A stretch of 58,514 nucleotides of DNA, taken from positions 1-58,514 of IMG/VR virus record IMGVR_UViG_3300032157_000372. The stretch is one strand, 5' to 3'. This document shows, in pieces, positions 45,049-54,735 of this stretch. Position 1 is the stretch's first letter, and every line of letters starts with the position of its first letter. The notes below the pieces were generated by a model, which saw nothing but the letters and a program-made list of their open reading frames with translations, made no database searches and was not told where the DNA came from. The position numbers were made by a program, and so were the translations under genes. This DNA comes from a virus (lineage: Duplodnaviria > Caudoviricetes).

Positions 45049-47234
45049 TGGCCGGACCTCTCGACCTGCGCGGGCGCGCCACGATCTCGAACGGCGCCAG
45101 CGGCACGCTCGGCGCCATCAAGCGCGATCTGGCCTCGGTCGGCAACATGACCGGCCGGCGCACGGTGCCGCTCGGCACCGCCATCACCAACGGCATGATG
45201 AGCGGCGCCGTCGCGACCAAGAAGCTGCAGAACAACCTTGTCGGCGCGACGGCGGGCGCCTGGGCGCTGGTCTCGGCCGTCAGGAAGGCCGAGAGCTTCA
45301 ACCGCAACGTGTTCGGCGTCGGCGTGGCCGCGATCGGCGATTACACCGACCGCGTGAAGGACGCCGCGACCGGCACGGAAAAGGTCGTCGTCGACTTCGA
45401 CAAGGTGCGCGCATCCATGGAGCGCGTGTCGAAGCTCTCCAAGGACCTGGCGCACGAGATCCCCGAGACGCCGACCAAGCTCTCCGGGATCGCCGAAACT
45501 CTCGCCAAGGCGGGCTTCGGCGACGAGAAGCTCGCGGCGGCGACCAAGTGGGCAGCGATCCTGGGCTCGACCGATACCGAGACGGCTGCCTCCGAGCTCG
45601 GTGAGTTCGCCTCCGTTCTCGATACGATCTACAAACCACGCCAGGGCGAGGCCTGGGGCGACTACTTCAAGCGCCAGCTCGACATCGTGCGCATCGCCGC
45701 TGCCGAGACGCGCCTCTCGCTCGCGTCCACCATGGAAGGCCTCCGGCCCTTCTCGGCGCTCTACTCGCTGCTCGGCAACTCCGAAACCGACAACGCGATG
45801 CTGCTCATGGGCGGTGTGCGCAAGGGTGGCGAGGCGGCCGAGGTCGGCCACACGCTGAAATCGGACGCCATGCGCATGCTGCGCTCGACGGCGGAATCGA
45901 CGTCACGGTTCTCGGCCTTGGGCCTCCGGCGCTCCGACTACACCGACCTTTCGGCCATGGACCCGACGCGGGCGGCCGGTAACCTGTCTCGTGTGTTCCG
46001 CTCGGCCGACATCACGGGCAAATTCCGCAAGTCGATCGAAGCCGACATGCAGAAGGCCATCGAAACCGGGACGTTCGACACGGCCGAATTCCAAGACAAG
46101 CTCTTGGCCAAGGTGGCGAAGCGCGCTGGCGTCGACATGAAGGACGACGTCTCGCGCGAGAGCTTCGAGGACAAGTTCAACAACGCCATTTTTGCCGGCG
46201 GCGCGCGCTTCAACATGCGCAAGCTGTTCGAGGACCTGGTTGCCAAAGGCGCGACGGCGGCGGATGTCGGCACCATCTTCGAAGGCCGCCGCATCGGCAC
46301 CAACATCCAGATCCTCGAGGGCTTGAAGGAATTTGGCCCCGAGTTCATGAAAAAGCTCGAGATGGCAGACGGCACCGGCCTTTCTGCGGTGCTCGACCTG
46401 CTCAAGGAAAGCGATTACGGCCGCCTGCAGAAGTTCTCGGCCATGATGGAGGACTTCCAGATCAAGCTCGCCAACTCGGGCGGCTTCCAGACATTCCTTT
46501 CCGGCATCACGGCCGTGTTCGACACGCTAGGTCAGTTGCATCCGGCCGTCGTGAACATCGGCGTCGCCGCCGGCATCGCCGCGATCGCGCTGACGCCGCT
46601 GGCAATGCTGTTCCGCGGCCTCGCCGGAATGGCTCGTGTGCTAAGGGCGGCGCTCGCCTTCGTCGGCATCGGCGGCGCGGCCGCAGCAGCCGGCGGCGCG
46701 GCCTCGCGCATGGCCGCGGGCGGCCTGGCCGGAGCCGGGACAGCGGCGGCAGCGGGCCTCCTCAAGAAATTCGGCATCAAGGGCCTCGCCAAGCTCGGCG
46801 CGCGCTTCATTCCGGGCCTCGGCCTGGTCGTCATGGCGGGCGGGGCGGGCTGGGCCGCCTACGACGCCTGGCAGCGCGGCGAGGACGCGCTCGGCATCGG
46901 CAAGAGCGCCGCGCTGGGCGCGATCGGCCTCGACGGCATCGCGCAGGCGGGCGAGGCCCCGGCCGGCGGCGAGGGCAAGGCCGATCTCGGTCTCGGCGCC
47001 AACGCCGACGGCGCGATCGCGGACGCCCGGTCGGCCGCCGAGCAGATCCGCAGCGCCTTCCTCTCGGTCGACCTTTCGAGCGTCGGGCGCCAGATGATGG
47101 ACGAGCTCGCGGCCGGGATTCGCTCGGGCGGTGCCGCGGCGGTCGCGGCCGCCAACGACGTTGCGGCCCAGGTCCGCGCCGCCGGCGAGCGCGTGCGGCT
47201 CAACACCGGCCCCAACATGCAGCCTGCGCGCTGA
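45048..47234 (+). CDS. Tail tape measure protein
   Basis: Helical Ala/Gly-rich 728 aa with hydrophobic C-terminal region; position. Confidence 0.88.
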   Translation: MAGPLDLRGRATISNGASGTLGAIKRDLASVGNMTGRRTVPLGTAITNGMMSGAVATKKLQNNLVGATAGAWALVSAVRKAESFNRNVFGVGVAAIGDYTDRVKDAATGTEKVVVDFDKVRASMERVSKLSKDLAHEIPETPTKLSGIAETLAKAGFGDEKLAAATKWAAILGSTDTETAASELGEFASVLDTIYKPRQGEAWGDYFKRQLDIVRIAAAETRLSLASTMEGLRPFSALYSLLGNSETDNAMLLMGGVRKGGEAAEVGHTLKSDAMRMLRSTAESTSRFSALGLRRSDYTDLSAMDPTRAAGNLSRVFRSADITGKFRKSIEADMQKAIETGTFDTAEFQDKLLAKVAKRAGVDMKDDVSRESFEDKFNNAIFAGGARFNMRKLFEDLVAKGATAADVGTIFEGRRIGTNIQILEGLKEFGPEFMKKLEMADGTGLSAVLDLLKESDYGRLQKFSAMMEDFQIKLANSGGFQTFLSGITAVFDTLGQLHPAVVNIGVAAGIAAIALTPLAMLFRGLAGMARVLRAALAFVGIGGAAAAAGGAASRMAAGGLAGAGTAAAAGLLKKFGIKGLAKLGARFIPGLGLVVMAGGAGWAAYDAWQRGEDALGIGKSAALGAIGLDGIAQAGEAPAGGEGKADLGLGANADGAIADARSAAEQIRSAFLSVDLSSVGRQMMDELAAGIRSGGAAAVAAANDVAAQVRAAGERVRLNTGPNMQPAR

Positions 47235-47302
47235 TGCCTCACGCGCGCCGTTCGGCCTTCGGCCGGCGCGCTCCGGCGGGGCGGCGCTCGCGCCGGGCGC
47301 CC

Positions 47303-47437
47303 GTCTCGGCGGAGCCGAGCTGCGCTCGGACGCGCCTGGCTGCCGCAAACCTTTGAGCTTGCGCCGACACAAATCGCCCGCGGCCGTAGCCGCGAGCGAG
47401 GTGTAGATCTTGGCGAAGCCGAGCTCCGCTCGGACGC
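47303..47437 (+). repeat. 31-bp REP-like palindrome, copies 2 and 3
   Basis: 47303-47333 and 47407-47437, core GCCGAGCTNCGCTCGGACGC. Confidence 0.8.
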
Positions 47438-47458
47438 CGTACCGAGCGAGCAAACGCA

Positions 47459-47950
47459 ATGGCCGACACCAAGCTCTCGCCGTGGAAAGCCGGGCTGCGC
47501 AACGCGTCCTTTCGCGGCGTGCAATTTCATGTCGTCGACCGCGACTTCGAGAGCGGCCGGCGCATCCACAATCACGAGTACCCCAAGCGCAACTCAAATT
47601 TCCCCGAGGACATGGGAAAGTCGACGCGCGAGTTCTCGGTCGAGGCCTACGTGATCGGCGACGACTACATGAACCGCCGCAACCGGCTCGTGGCGGCCTG
47701 CGAGCAGGAGGGGCCCGGATCCTACGTCGACCATTGGGGCATCACGCAAAAGGTCGTGTGCACCAAGATCAAGCTCGGCGAATCGAGCGAGGAGGGGCGC
47801 ATGTGCCGCTTCCGGCTCGACTTCATCGAGGCGGGCTCGGGCAACTTCGCCCCGGTCGCGATCGCGGCCACGGCCGCCCAGCTCACGACGGCCGCCGGCG
47901 CGCTCGCCGCCGCCGCAACGCAGAGCCTCAACGCGCGGACAAGCCGATGA
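47459..47950 (+). CDS. DNA circularization protein N-terminal domain (Mu gpN-like)
   Basis: LRNASFRGVQF, GRR...HEYPKR, EDMG, DFIEAG. Confidence 0.88.
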   Translation: MADTKLSPWKAGLRNASFRGVQFHVVDRDFESGRRIHNHEYPKRNSNFPEDMGKSTREFSVEAYVIGDDYMNRRNRLVAACEQEGPGSYVDHWGITQKVVCTKIKLGESSEEGRMCRFRLDFIEAGSGNFAPVAIAATAAQLTTAAGALAAAATQSLNARTSR

Positions 47951-48678
47951 GGGTCTATACGCCCGACTACGTCTTCGACGCGACGGCGCGCATCCTCAAG
48001 GCGATGCTGCTGCTGTTCCGGCGCACGCCCGGCCCGATCGCGGACGCGGTCGCCTATGCCGCCTACCGGCGCACGCTCGAGGTGCTGATCGCCGATACGC
48101 GCGCCGCCGCGCGCTCCGCGACGCTCGCCGCCGACCTGGCCGCAATCGCGGCCGGCTACCGGGCGGCCGCCGCCGACATGCGGGCCGTGATCCGCGGCCT
48201 CGAGCGCGTGCCCGTCGCCGCGCGCGCATTTCAGCCGGTCGAGGCGCGCACGGCGACGCTCGCCCGCCAGCGCGAAAACGAGATGGCGCTCTGCCTCACG
48301 TTCGAGGCGCTCGCCCTGGCCGAGATCGCCAACGCGGTCGCCGCGTTGACGCCGCGCTCGCACGACGAGGCCTCGCAGCTCCGTGGCCGCCTCGGGCGCA
48401 CCTTCGACCTCGCGATCGAGCGCGCCTCCGAGCAGGGCGCGATTGCCGTCATGCGGGCGCTGCGCGACGCTCAGGCCAAGCTCACGCGCGACCTCATCGA
48501 GCGCGGGAGGCCGCTGGCGCGCATCGTCGCCTACGAGACGGCCGTGCCGCTGCCGGCGGTCGTGATCGCGCACCGGCTCTATCAGGACGCCTCGCGCGCC
48601 GACGAGCTGCGCGATGAGAACAGCGGCACCGATCACCCTAGCTTCATGCCGACGGCCGGACGGGCCTACAGCCGTTAA
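47947..48678 (+). CDS. Mu gpN C-terminal-like protein
   Basis: PAVVIAHRLYQDASRADEL...HPSFMP. Confidence 0.75.
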   Translation: MRVYTPDYVFDATARILKAMLLLFRRTPGPIADAVAYAAYRRTLEVLIADTRAAARSATLAADLAAIAAGYRAAAADMRAVIRGLERVPVAARAFQPVEARTATLARQRENEMALCLTFEALALAEIANAVAALTPRSHDEASQLRGRLGRTFDLAIERASEQGAIAVMRALRDAQAKLTRDLIERGRPLARIVAYETAVPLPAVVIAHRLYQDASRADELRDENSGTDHPSFMPTAGRAYSR

Positions 48679-48786
48679 TCGCTCACGCGCCGGCGGCAAC
48701 CACCGGGATATTCCCGGTCGTTTCCTGGCGCTCCGCGAGGGCGCGCGACTCCGCGCGGGTCGCCTTGCTCCCTCAAGGAGGTGCTG

Positions 48787-49917
48787 ATGAGTTTCGCTCT
48801 GCCGGGCTTCCGGCCGCAGACGGTCTCGCTGCTCGTCGGCGGCATGCTCTACGAGGGCTGGAAAAAAGTCGAGGTCTCGCGCTCGATCAAGGAGATGGCC
48901 GGCGAGTTCAGCCTCGAGGTCTCCGAGCGCTTCTCGGGCGGCCGCGACGGACCCGCGGTGTTGATGGGCTGGCGCATCCGCCCCGGCGACCCGTGCATCG
49001 TGCTCTATGCCGGCGTCCCCGTCATCACCGGCTACGTCGACGTCTACAGCCCCGATTACGACGCCCGCAAGCACGAGGTGAAGATCCAGGGCCGCTCGAA
49101 GACCGCCGATCTCGTCGACAGCTCTGCCGAGAGCGACGTGCCGAACGGCGAGATGAGGAACGTCGGCCTCGACCAGCTCGCGAGGAAGCTCGCCGGCGCG
49201 CACGGCATCGGCGTCAAGGTCGAGGCCCAGATCAAGGAGCGCTTCGACTTCGTGCGTGCCCATCCCGGCGAGACCAAGCACGAGATGCTCGAGCGCTACG
49301 CCAGACCCGGCGCGGTCGCGCTCACCGACGACCAGTTCGGCAATCTGCGCCTGATGCACGCATTGGGCGGCGGCGGCTTCGCGCTGATCGAGGGCGTCAA
49401 TATCCTCGAGGCCTCCGCGACGCTGCGCGCCGACAACCGCTATTCCGACTACGAGGTCAAGGGCCAGGACCGCGGCTCCGACCAGCAGTTCGGCAAGACG
49501 GTGGCCGAGATCAAGGCGCGCGTCACGGACGGGGCGGTGAAGCGCTATCGCCCGTTCGTGGTCGGCAACGAGACCAAGACGACGAAGTCGCACGCGAGAA
49601 ACCGCGCCGATTGGGAGTGCGCCTCGCGCGCTGGCGAATCGACGCGCGCCGAGGTCACGGTCCTCGACTGGCTCGTCGGCGGCGCCGGCCCGCTCTGGAT
49701 GCCCGGCATGGTCGGCATGCTCGTCTCGCCCATGCTCGCGATCAGCCGGCCGATGGCGGTCGAGGCCGTGCGCCACAGCCAGGACGAGGGCGGCACGGTG
49801 ACGCAAGTCACGCTGGTTCCGCCCGAGGCTCTGAAGCCCGGCGGCGGCGGGGCCTCCGGCGGGTCGGGGAGCGATTCGGCCTGGCTCGACACGAAGCCGA
49901 CGACGGCAGCAGTTTAG
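48787..49917 (+). CDS. Baseplate hub (Mu gp44/P-like)
   Basis: YEGWKKVEVSRS, GRSKTADLVDSS, RYRP. Confidence 0.9.
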   Translation: MSFALPGFRPQTVSLLVGGMLYEGWKKVEVSRSIKEMAGEFSLEVSERFSGGRDGPAVLMGWRIRPGDPCIVLYAGVPVITGYVDVYSPDYDARKHEVKIQGRSKTADLVDSSAESDVPNGEMRNVGLDQLARKLAGAHGIGVKVEAQIKERFDFVRAHPGETKHEMLERYARPGAVALTDDQFGNLRLMHALGGGGFALIEGVNILEASATLRADNRYSDYEVKGQDRGSDQQFGKTVAEIKARVTDGAVKRYRPFVVGNETKTTKSHARNRADWECASRAGESTRAEVTVLDWLVGGAGPLWMPGMVGMLVSPMLAISRPMAVEAVRHSQDEGGTVTQVTLVPPEALKPGGGGASGGSGSDSAWLDTKPTTAAV

Positions 49918-49926
49918 GGGGAAGGG

Positions 49927-50424
49927 ATGGCACAATTCGAAGGCCTGTCGCGGGCCGACGCCCGCCAGCTCGAGCGCATCGTGCGCAACATGATCGTGCG
50001 CGGCGAGATCGCCTCCGTCGACGACGCGCTCAAGATGCAGGAGCTCGGGGTGCGCCTCGAGGACGGCCACCGGCCGACCAAGGTCGAGCACTGGCACCCC
50101 TACGGCATCACCTATCACCCGTTCCCCGGCTCCGAGATCGTGGCGCTGGCGATCAAGGGCAACCGCGACCACGTCGTCATCATTCCCGCCGCCGACCGCC
50201 GCTACCGGCTCAAGAACCTCGCCGAGGGCGAGCTCGCCGTGCACGACGATCAGGGCCAGAAGGTGCATTTCACGCGCGGCGGCCTGGTCGTCGAGACGCC
50301 GAAGCCCGTGACCATCAAGGGCCAGACGATCACGCTCGACGGGCCGGTGCACATCACGGGCCAGGTCACGACCGACGCGGGAATCACCTCGGCCGGCGCG
50401 CACGTCGCCTCCGCGCACGTCTGA
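49927..50424 (+). CDS. Baseplate spike (Mu gp45-like)
   Basis: EHWHPYG, DRRYRLKNL.EGE..DDQG. Confidence 0.9.
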   Translation: MAQFEGLSRADARQLERIVRNMIVRGEIASVDDALKMQELGVRLEDGHRPTKVEHWHPYGITYHPFPGSEIVALAIKGNRDHVVIIPAADRRYRLKNLAEGELAVHDDQGQKVHFTRGGLVVETPKPVTIKGQTITLDGPVHITGQVTTDAGITSAGAHVASAHV

Positions 50425-50433
50425 GAGGCGATC

Positions 50434-50892
50434 ATGGCCGACATCCGCGTCGTTTGGGACCCCGAGCGCATGGCGGGCGAGTGGCTCTTGAAGGGCCGCA
50501 TGCTCGACACCGCGGGCGAGCTCGTCACCGCCGTCGCGGTCGCGCTCTTCACGCACCGCACGGCCGAGGCCGACGATCCACTGCCCCACTTCGCCGCCGA
50601 CCGGCGCGGTTGGTGGGCGGACTTCGATGCCGGCGAGATCTACGGCGCGACGCCGATCGGCTCGCGTCTCTGGCTGCTCAGCCGCGAGAAGCAGACCGAT
50701 GAGACGCGCGCGCGCGCCGCGCAATACATCCGCGAGGCTCTCGATCCGTTCGTCGAGATGCGCCTCGTCGAGCGCTATGACCTCGCCGTCGACTGGTTCG
50801 CCTTCGAGCGGCTCGGCGCCGAGATCACGTTCTACCGCGGGCCGAAGGAGAGCATCGCCGTGCGCTTCGAGAAACTCTGGGATGAGATTTAG
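50434..50892 (+). CDS. Mu gp46-like baseplate protein
   Basis: RGWWAD...GSRLWLL.REK. Confidence 0.92.
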   Translation: MADIRVVWDPERMAGEWLLKGRMLDTAGELVTAVAVALFTHRTAEADDPLPHFAADRRGWWADFDAGEIYGATPIGSRLWLLSREKQTDETRARAAQYIREALDPFVEMRLVERYDLAVDWFAFERLGAEITFYRGPKESIAVRFEKLWDEI

Positions 50893-50963
50893 CGGCGCGC
50901 TCGGCACGGCTCCGCCTACACCTCGCTCGCGGCCACCAACGCGGGCGTCTTAAGGAAACTGCT

Positions 50964-52052
50964 ATGCCCTGGCCGCTGATCTCTCTCCGCGACCGCCGCC
51001 AGCAGGTGCGCGACGACGTCGCGACGCATCTGCCCGGCGCCGACGCGACGGTGCCGAATTCCGTGCTGCGCGTCGTCGGGGATGCGCAGGCGAACCTCAC
51101 GCACGATAACGACCTGCACCTCGACTGGGTCGCGCGCATGATGATGCCCGACACGGCCGAGGGCGAGTTCGTCGAGCGCTGGGCCAACATCTGGCTACCC
51201 CAGGGCCGCAAGGGCGCGGGCTATTCTGTCGGGCTCATCACCGTGACCGGCGTCAACGGCGCCGCGCTCCCGTCCGGCACCGAGATCACGGCCGACGTCA
51301 TCGACGCGGCCGGCCGTGCGGTATCGATCGCCTTCGAGGTGCGGGCCGGCATCACGCTCGCGGGCACGTCGGGCGCCGCCGAGATCACCGCGCTCGCCGG
51401 CGGCGTGCTCCACAACCTCGACGAGGGTGCCGCGCTCGCGTTCGTCAACCCGCCGGCCGGCATCGACGGCGTTGCCACCGTCGCCGCGCCCGGCCTCGCC
51501 GGCGGCGCCGACGCCGAGACCGATCCCGAGCTCATCGAGCGCTACATCGACCGCATTCAGGAGCCGCCGCACGGCGGCGCTCGCCACGACTACGAGCAAT
51601 GGATGCTCGAGGTGCCGGGCGTCACGCGCGCCTGGGCCGCATCCGAGATGGGGATCGGCACGGTGACGTGCCGCTTCATGATGGACAGCGTGCGCGCCTC
51701 GTTCGGCGGCTTCCCGCAGTCCGAGGACCTGGCCGTCGTCGCGGCCTATCTCGACGGGCTGCGCCCGGTCTCGGTCGCCGACCTGTTCGTCACGGCGCCG
51801 ATCGCGCAGGCCTTGAACCTCACCATCGACGACCTCACGACCGACACGCCCGAGGTGCGCACCAACATCGCGCTCGAGCTCACCGAGATGCTGCGCTCGC
51901 GCGGCCGGCCGGGCGCGACGATCTTCGCGTCGTGGATTCGCGAGGCGATTTCTGCCGCAACCGGCGAGGATCACCACAACATCACGATCGCGAACGCGGT
52001 TCCGAGCTCGGCCGGACACCTGATCGTCCTCGGAACGATTACGTACACGTGA
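50964..52052 (+). CDS. Baseplate J / Mu gp47-like
   Basis: PDTAEGEF, GGADAETD, PPHGGARHDY..W..VPGVTRAW. Confidence 0.93.
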   Translation: MPWPLISLRDRRQQVRDDVATHLPGADATVPNSVLRVVGDAQANLTHDNDLHLDWVARMMMPDTAEGEFVERWANIWLPQGRKGAGYSVGLITVTGVNGAALPSGTEITADVIDAAGRAVSIAFEVRAGITLAGTSGAAEITALAGGVLHNLDEGAALAFVNPPAGIDGVATVAAPGLAGGADAETDPELIERYIDRIQEPPHGGARHDYEQWMLEVPGVTRAWAASEMGIGTVTCRFMMDSVRASFGGFPQSEDLAVVAAYLDGLRPVSVADLFVTAPIAQALNLTIDDLTTDTPEVRTNIALELTEMLRSRGRPGATIFASWIREAISAATGEDHHNITIANAVPSSAGHLIVLGTITYT

Positions 52053-52063
52053 GGACCTGACCC

Positions 52064-52753
52064 ATGGCCTGGCGCCCGCGCGATGCCGACGCGTTCACGC
52101 ACGCCTTTCTTGCCAGCCTGCCGCTGGGCGAGGTCTGGCCGCGGGCGCGCTCCTCGACGCTCTACAAGGTCGTGCGCGGCCTCATGGGCGCAGTCGAGCG
52201 CTGGGCGGCGCGCGTCGCGTCGTTCCTCCTGATCGAGGCGTTCCCGCCGGCGTCGTTCAATCTTCTCCCCGATTGGGAGCGCGTGCTCGGCCTGCCCGAG
52301 CCGTGCTTTCCCGCGGCGCAGTCGATCGAGGAGCGGCGCCTGCAGGTCCTCGAGAAGCTGCGCCGCCGGCCCGGCGCGCAAAGCCGCGCCTACTTCATCG
52401 ATCTCGCGCGCCGCCTCGGCTACTACGAGGACGGCCCGTCGCCCTATCAGTTGCCGATCGAGCTGCCGGGCGAGCTTGGTCGCCTCAACCAGGCGACCAT
52501 CACCGAATACCGGCCTTTCATGTTCGGCGTGTCGCGCTGCGGCGATCCCCGCTGGCGCTTCGCGCCGCATCAGATGCGCTTCGTGTGGAAAGTCGGCGTG
52601 CCGGGCCAGCGGCTCACGTGGTTCCGCTTCGGCGCGTCGCGCTGCGGCCAGGACCCGCACCTGCGCATCGCGCGCGCCGAGGACCTCGAGTGCATCCTCC
52701 AGAAGCTCAAGCCCGCGCACACGCGCCTCATCTTCTCGTACACGGGAGCCTGA
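52064..52753 (+). CDS. Mu gp48-like (YmfQ/DUF2313) baseplate protein
   Basis: LPDWERVLGLP, QSRAYFI.LA..LGY, LEC...KPAHT. Confidence 0.9.
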   Translation: MAWRPRDADAFTHAFLASLPLGEVWPRARSSTLYKVVRGLMGAVERWAARVASFLLIEAFPPASFNLLPDWERVLGLPEPCFPAAQSIEERRLQVLEKLRRRPGAQSRAYFIDLARRLGYYEDGPSPYQLPIELPGELGRLNQATITEYRPFMFGVSRCGDPRWRFAPHQMRFVWKVGVPGQRLTWFRFGASRCGQDPHLRIARAEDLECILQKLKPAHTRLIFSYTGA

Positions 52754-52754
52754 C

Positions 52755-54131
52755 GTGAAATATCAGCCGCCTTTCGACCCCGCCTTCGCCGGCGCGCCCG
52801 TGAACGGCATCTACAATGCCGACGCGAACGCCTCCTACGTCAACGGCAACCCGGCGACGGGGCAGGAGGGCTCGATCCCGCCGTTCGAGGCGGTCGAGCA
52901 CACGATGCGCGAGATCATGAAGGTGATCACGGAGGCCGGCATCACGCCGAACCATGCCGACCTCACGCAGCTCTGGCAGGCGTTGCAGTGGCTCGTCGGC
53001 GAGCGCCTGGTCGAGAGCGTCGGCGGCGCGATCCCCGTCTACGCCGGGATCAACGACGGCGGCGCCCACGAGATCCGATCGATCGAGGCCGGCGCCAACA
53101 TCACGTTGACGCTCGTCGAGTCGCCCGCGTCCTCCGGCCAGTACAAGATCCGCATCGCCGCGACAAGCGGCGGCGGCGGCGGCGGCGATCCGCTCCTCAA
53201 CGTCGGCGACGGCGTCGACGTCTTCAAGGGCGTCGCCGGCGGGTTCAGCGAGATCCGCGGCATCAAGGCGCTCGGCGACGGGATCGCCGTCACCCTCGAG
53301 GCCGGCGGCAACAACATCCTGATCGAGAACTTGAAGCCTGGTCAGGCCGGGTATCAGAACAAGCTCGTCTACAGCTACACCGGCGCCGACCAGGAATGGG
53401 TCGTTCCGAGCGGCGTCACGAAGGCAAAATTCAAGGTCTGGGCCCCGGGCGGCGCGGGCGATCATTTCTTCGGCGGCGCGGGCGGCTATACCGAGGCCGA
53501 GCTCCCGGTCACTGCGGGCCAGGTCTACAAGATCGTCGTCGGGCAGGGCGGCGTGAGCCTCGTCAACGCCGGATACACGGCGAACCCCTACGGCTTCGGC
53601 GGGCGCGGCTACGGCGTTTCGATCCCGCCGAACAACACGCAGTGCAGCGGATTTGCCGGCGGCGGCCTGTCGGGCGTCTTCCTGACGAGCGTCACGCAGG
53701 GCAACGCGCGCGTGATCGCCGGCGGCGGCGGCGGATCGTCCAACGACAGCAATGGCAACACCGCCAACCAGTCGCAGGGCGGCAACGGCAATGATCCGGC
53801 GCACTCCGGCGGCGCGGCTGGCATGACGGGCGAGGACGGGTCGAACGACCACAGTCACGGCGGCGGCGGCGGCGGCTACACCGGCGGGCGCGCGGGCGCC
53901 AACGGTCAGACGCGCTCGACGCCGACGGGTGAGTTCAAGGCCGGCGAGGGCGGCGCGGGCTATGTCCACTCTTCGGCGCTCACGCAAACCATCGCGTCGA
54001 CGGTCGAGTTCGACAACCTGCCGCCGAACCGCAACGACGTCGACTACATCAGCGGCATCGGCCGCGGCGGAGAGGACGACGGCGCGCCGCCGTTCCCCGG
54101 CGGCAACGGTCTGATCATCGTCTACTACTGA
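52755..54131 (+). CDS. Tail fibre 1 with glycine-rich domain
   Basis: N-terminal GNPATGQEGSIPP...AGITP..DLTQL anchor; WVVPSGVT...GAGG glycine-rich C-terminus. Confidence 0.8.
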   Translation: MKYQPPFDPAFAGAPVNGIYNADANASYVNGNPATGQEGSIPPFEAVEHTMREIMKVITEAGITPNHADLTQLWQALQWLVGERLVESVGGAIPVYAGINDGGAHEIRSIEAGANITLTLVESPASSGQYKIRIAATSGGGGGGDPLLNVGDGVDVFKGVAGGFSEIRGIKALGDGIAVTLEAGGNNILIENLKPGQAGYQNKLVYSYTGADQEWVVPSGVTKAKFKVWAPGGAGDHFFGGAGGYTEAELPVTAGQVYKIVVGQGGVSLVNAGYTANPYGFGGRGYGVSIPPNNTQCSGFAGGGLSGVFLTSVTQGNARVIAGGGGGSSNDSNGNTANQSQGGNGNDPAHSGGAAGMTGEDGSNDHSHGGGGGGYTGGRAGANGQTRSTPTGEFKAGEGGAGYVHSSALTQTIASTVEFDNLPPNRNDVDYISGIGRGGEDDGAPPFPGGNGLIIVYY

Positions 54132-54140
54132 GGGGCTGGG

Positions 54141-54719
54141 ATGCACATCACTGTGAATATTCAGGACGCGCGGCTCCGTGTCGGCCGCGGCGTCTTCGAC
54201 CTCGCGACGGCGCTTGCGAATGCGGCGGTCGCTGCGGCCTGGCCGTCGACTTTCCACAAGTATCACGCGGTATCGATCGATGCCGCCGGCTCGGCGATCG
54301 CGTCCGTCTATGGTTCCAGCACCGCGGTGGCGGTGGGCAATCTCTCCGCCCTGAGGGCGGCGATCCTGGCCGTGCCCGCGATCGCCGATTGGCTCGCAAC
54401 CGACCTCGATCGGTCGCGCGCCGCCTTGGCCGACGCCATCAAGGCCGAGTGCTCGCGGCGCATATTCGCCGTGCTGAGCGAGAGCACGCAGAAGAACCTC
54501 ACCGCCTATGCCGTCGATCTCAGCCTCAAGCTCGCGGCGGGCGACGCGCTGACGTCGATCGAGGTTTCGGACATCGGGACGGCGCGCGCGGCGCGGGCGT
54601 GGGTCCAGGCGATGCTCGCCAAGTGCCGGACGCTCGTCATGGCGTCGGGCGACTGGAAATCTGACGCGACTTGGCCGCCGGTGCCGGAAGGCGTCGCGGA
54701 GATCGCAGCGCGCTTCTGA
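54141..54719 (+). CDS. Probable tail fibre assembly protein
   Basis: IKAECSRRI...QKN...WP..P motif; follows fibre. Confidence 0.65.
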   Translation: MHITVNIQDARLRVGRGVFDLATALANAAVAAAWPSTFHKYHAVSIDAAGSAIASVYGSSTAVAVGNLSALRAAILAVPAIADWLATDLDRSRAALADAIKAECSRRIFAVLSESTQKNLTAYAVDLSLKLAAGDALTSIEVSDIGTARAARAWVQAMLAKCRTLVMASGDWKSDATWPPVPEGVAEIAARF

Positions 54720-54735
54720 CCTCTGAGGGCTTCGC

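Noticed and set aside
31813-50907. Very long minus-strand ORFs (e.g. 31813-34788, 37974-40340, 47722-50907)
   Set aside because: They are antisense shadows of well-supported structural genes, expected from high-GC codon bias, and contain no motifs.
29350-52753. Lambda-like head joined to Mu-like tail as a novelty
   Set aside because: Mosaics of cos-type heads with Mu-like contractile tails are well known among temperate phages.
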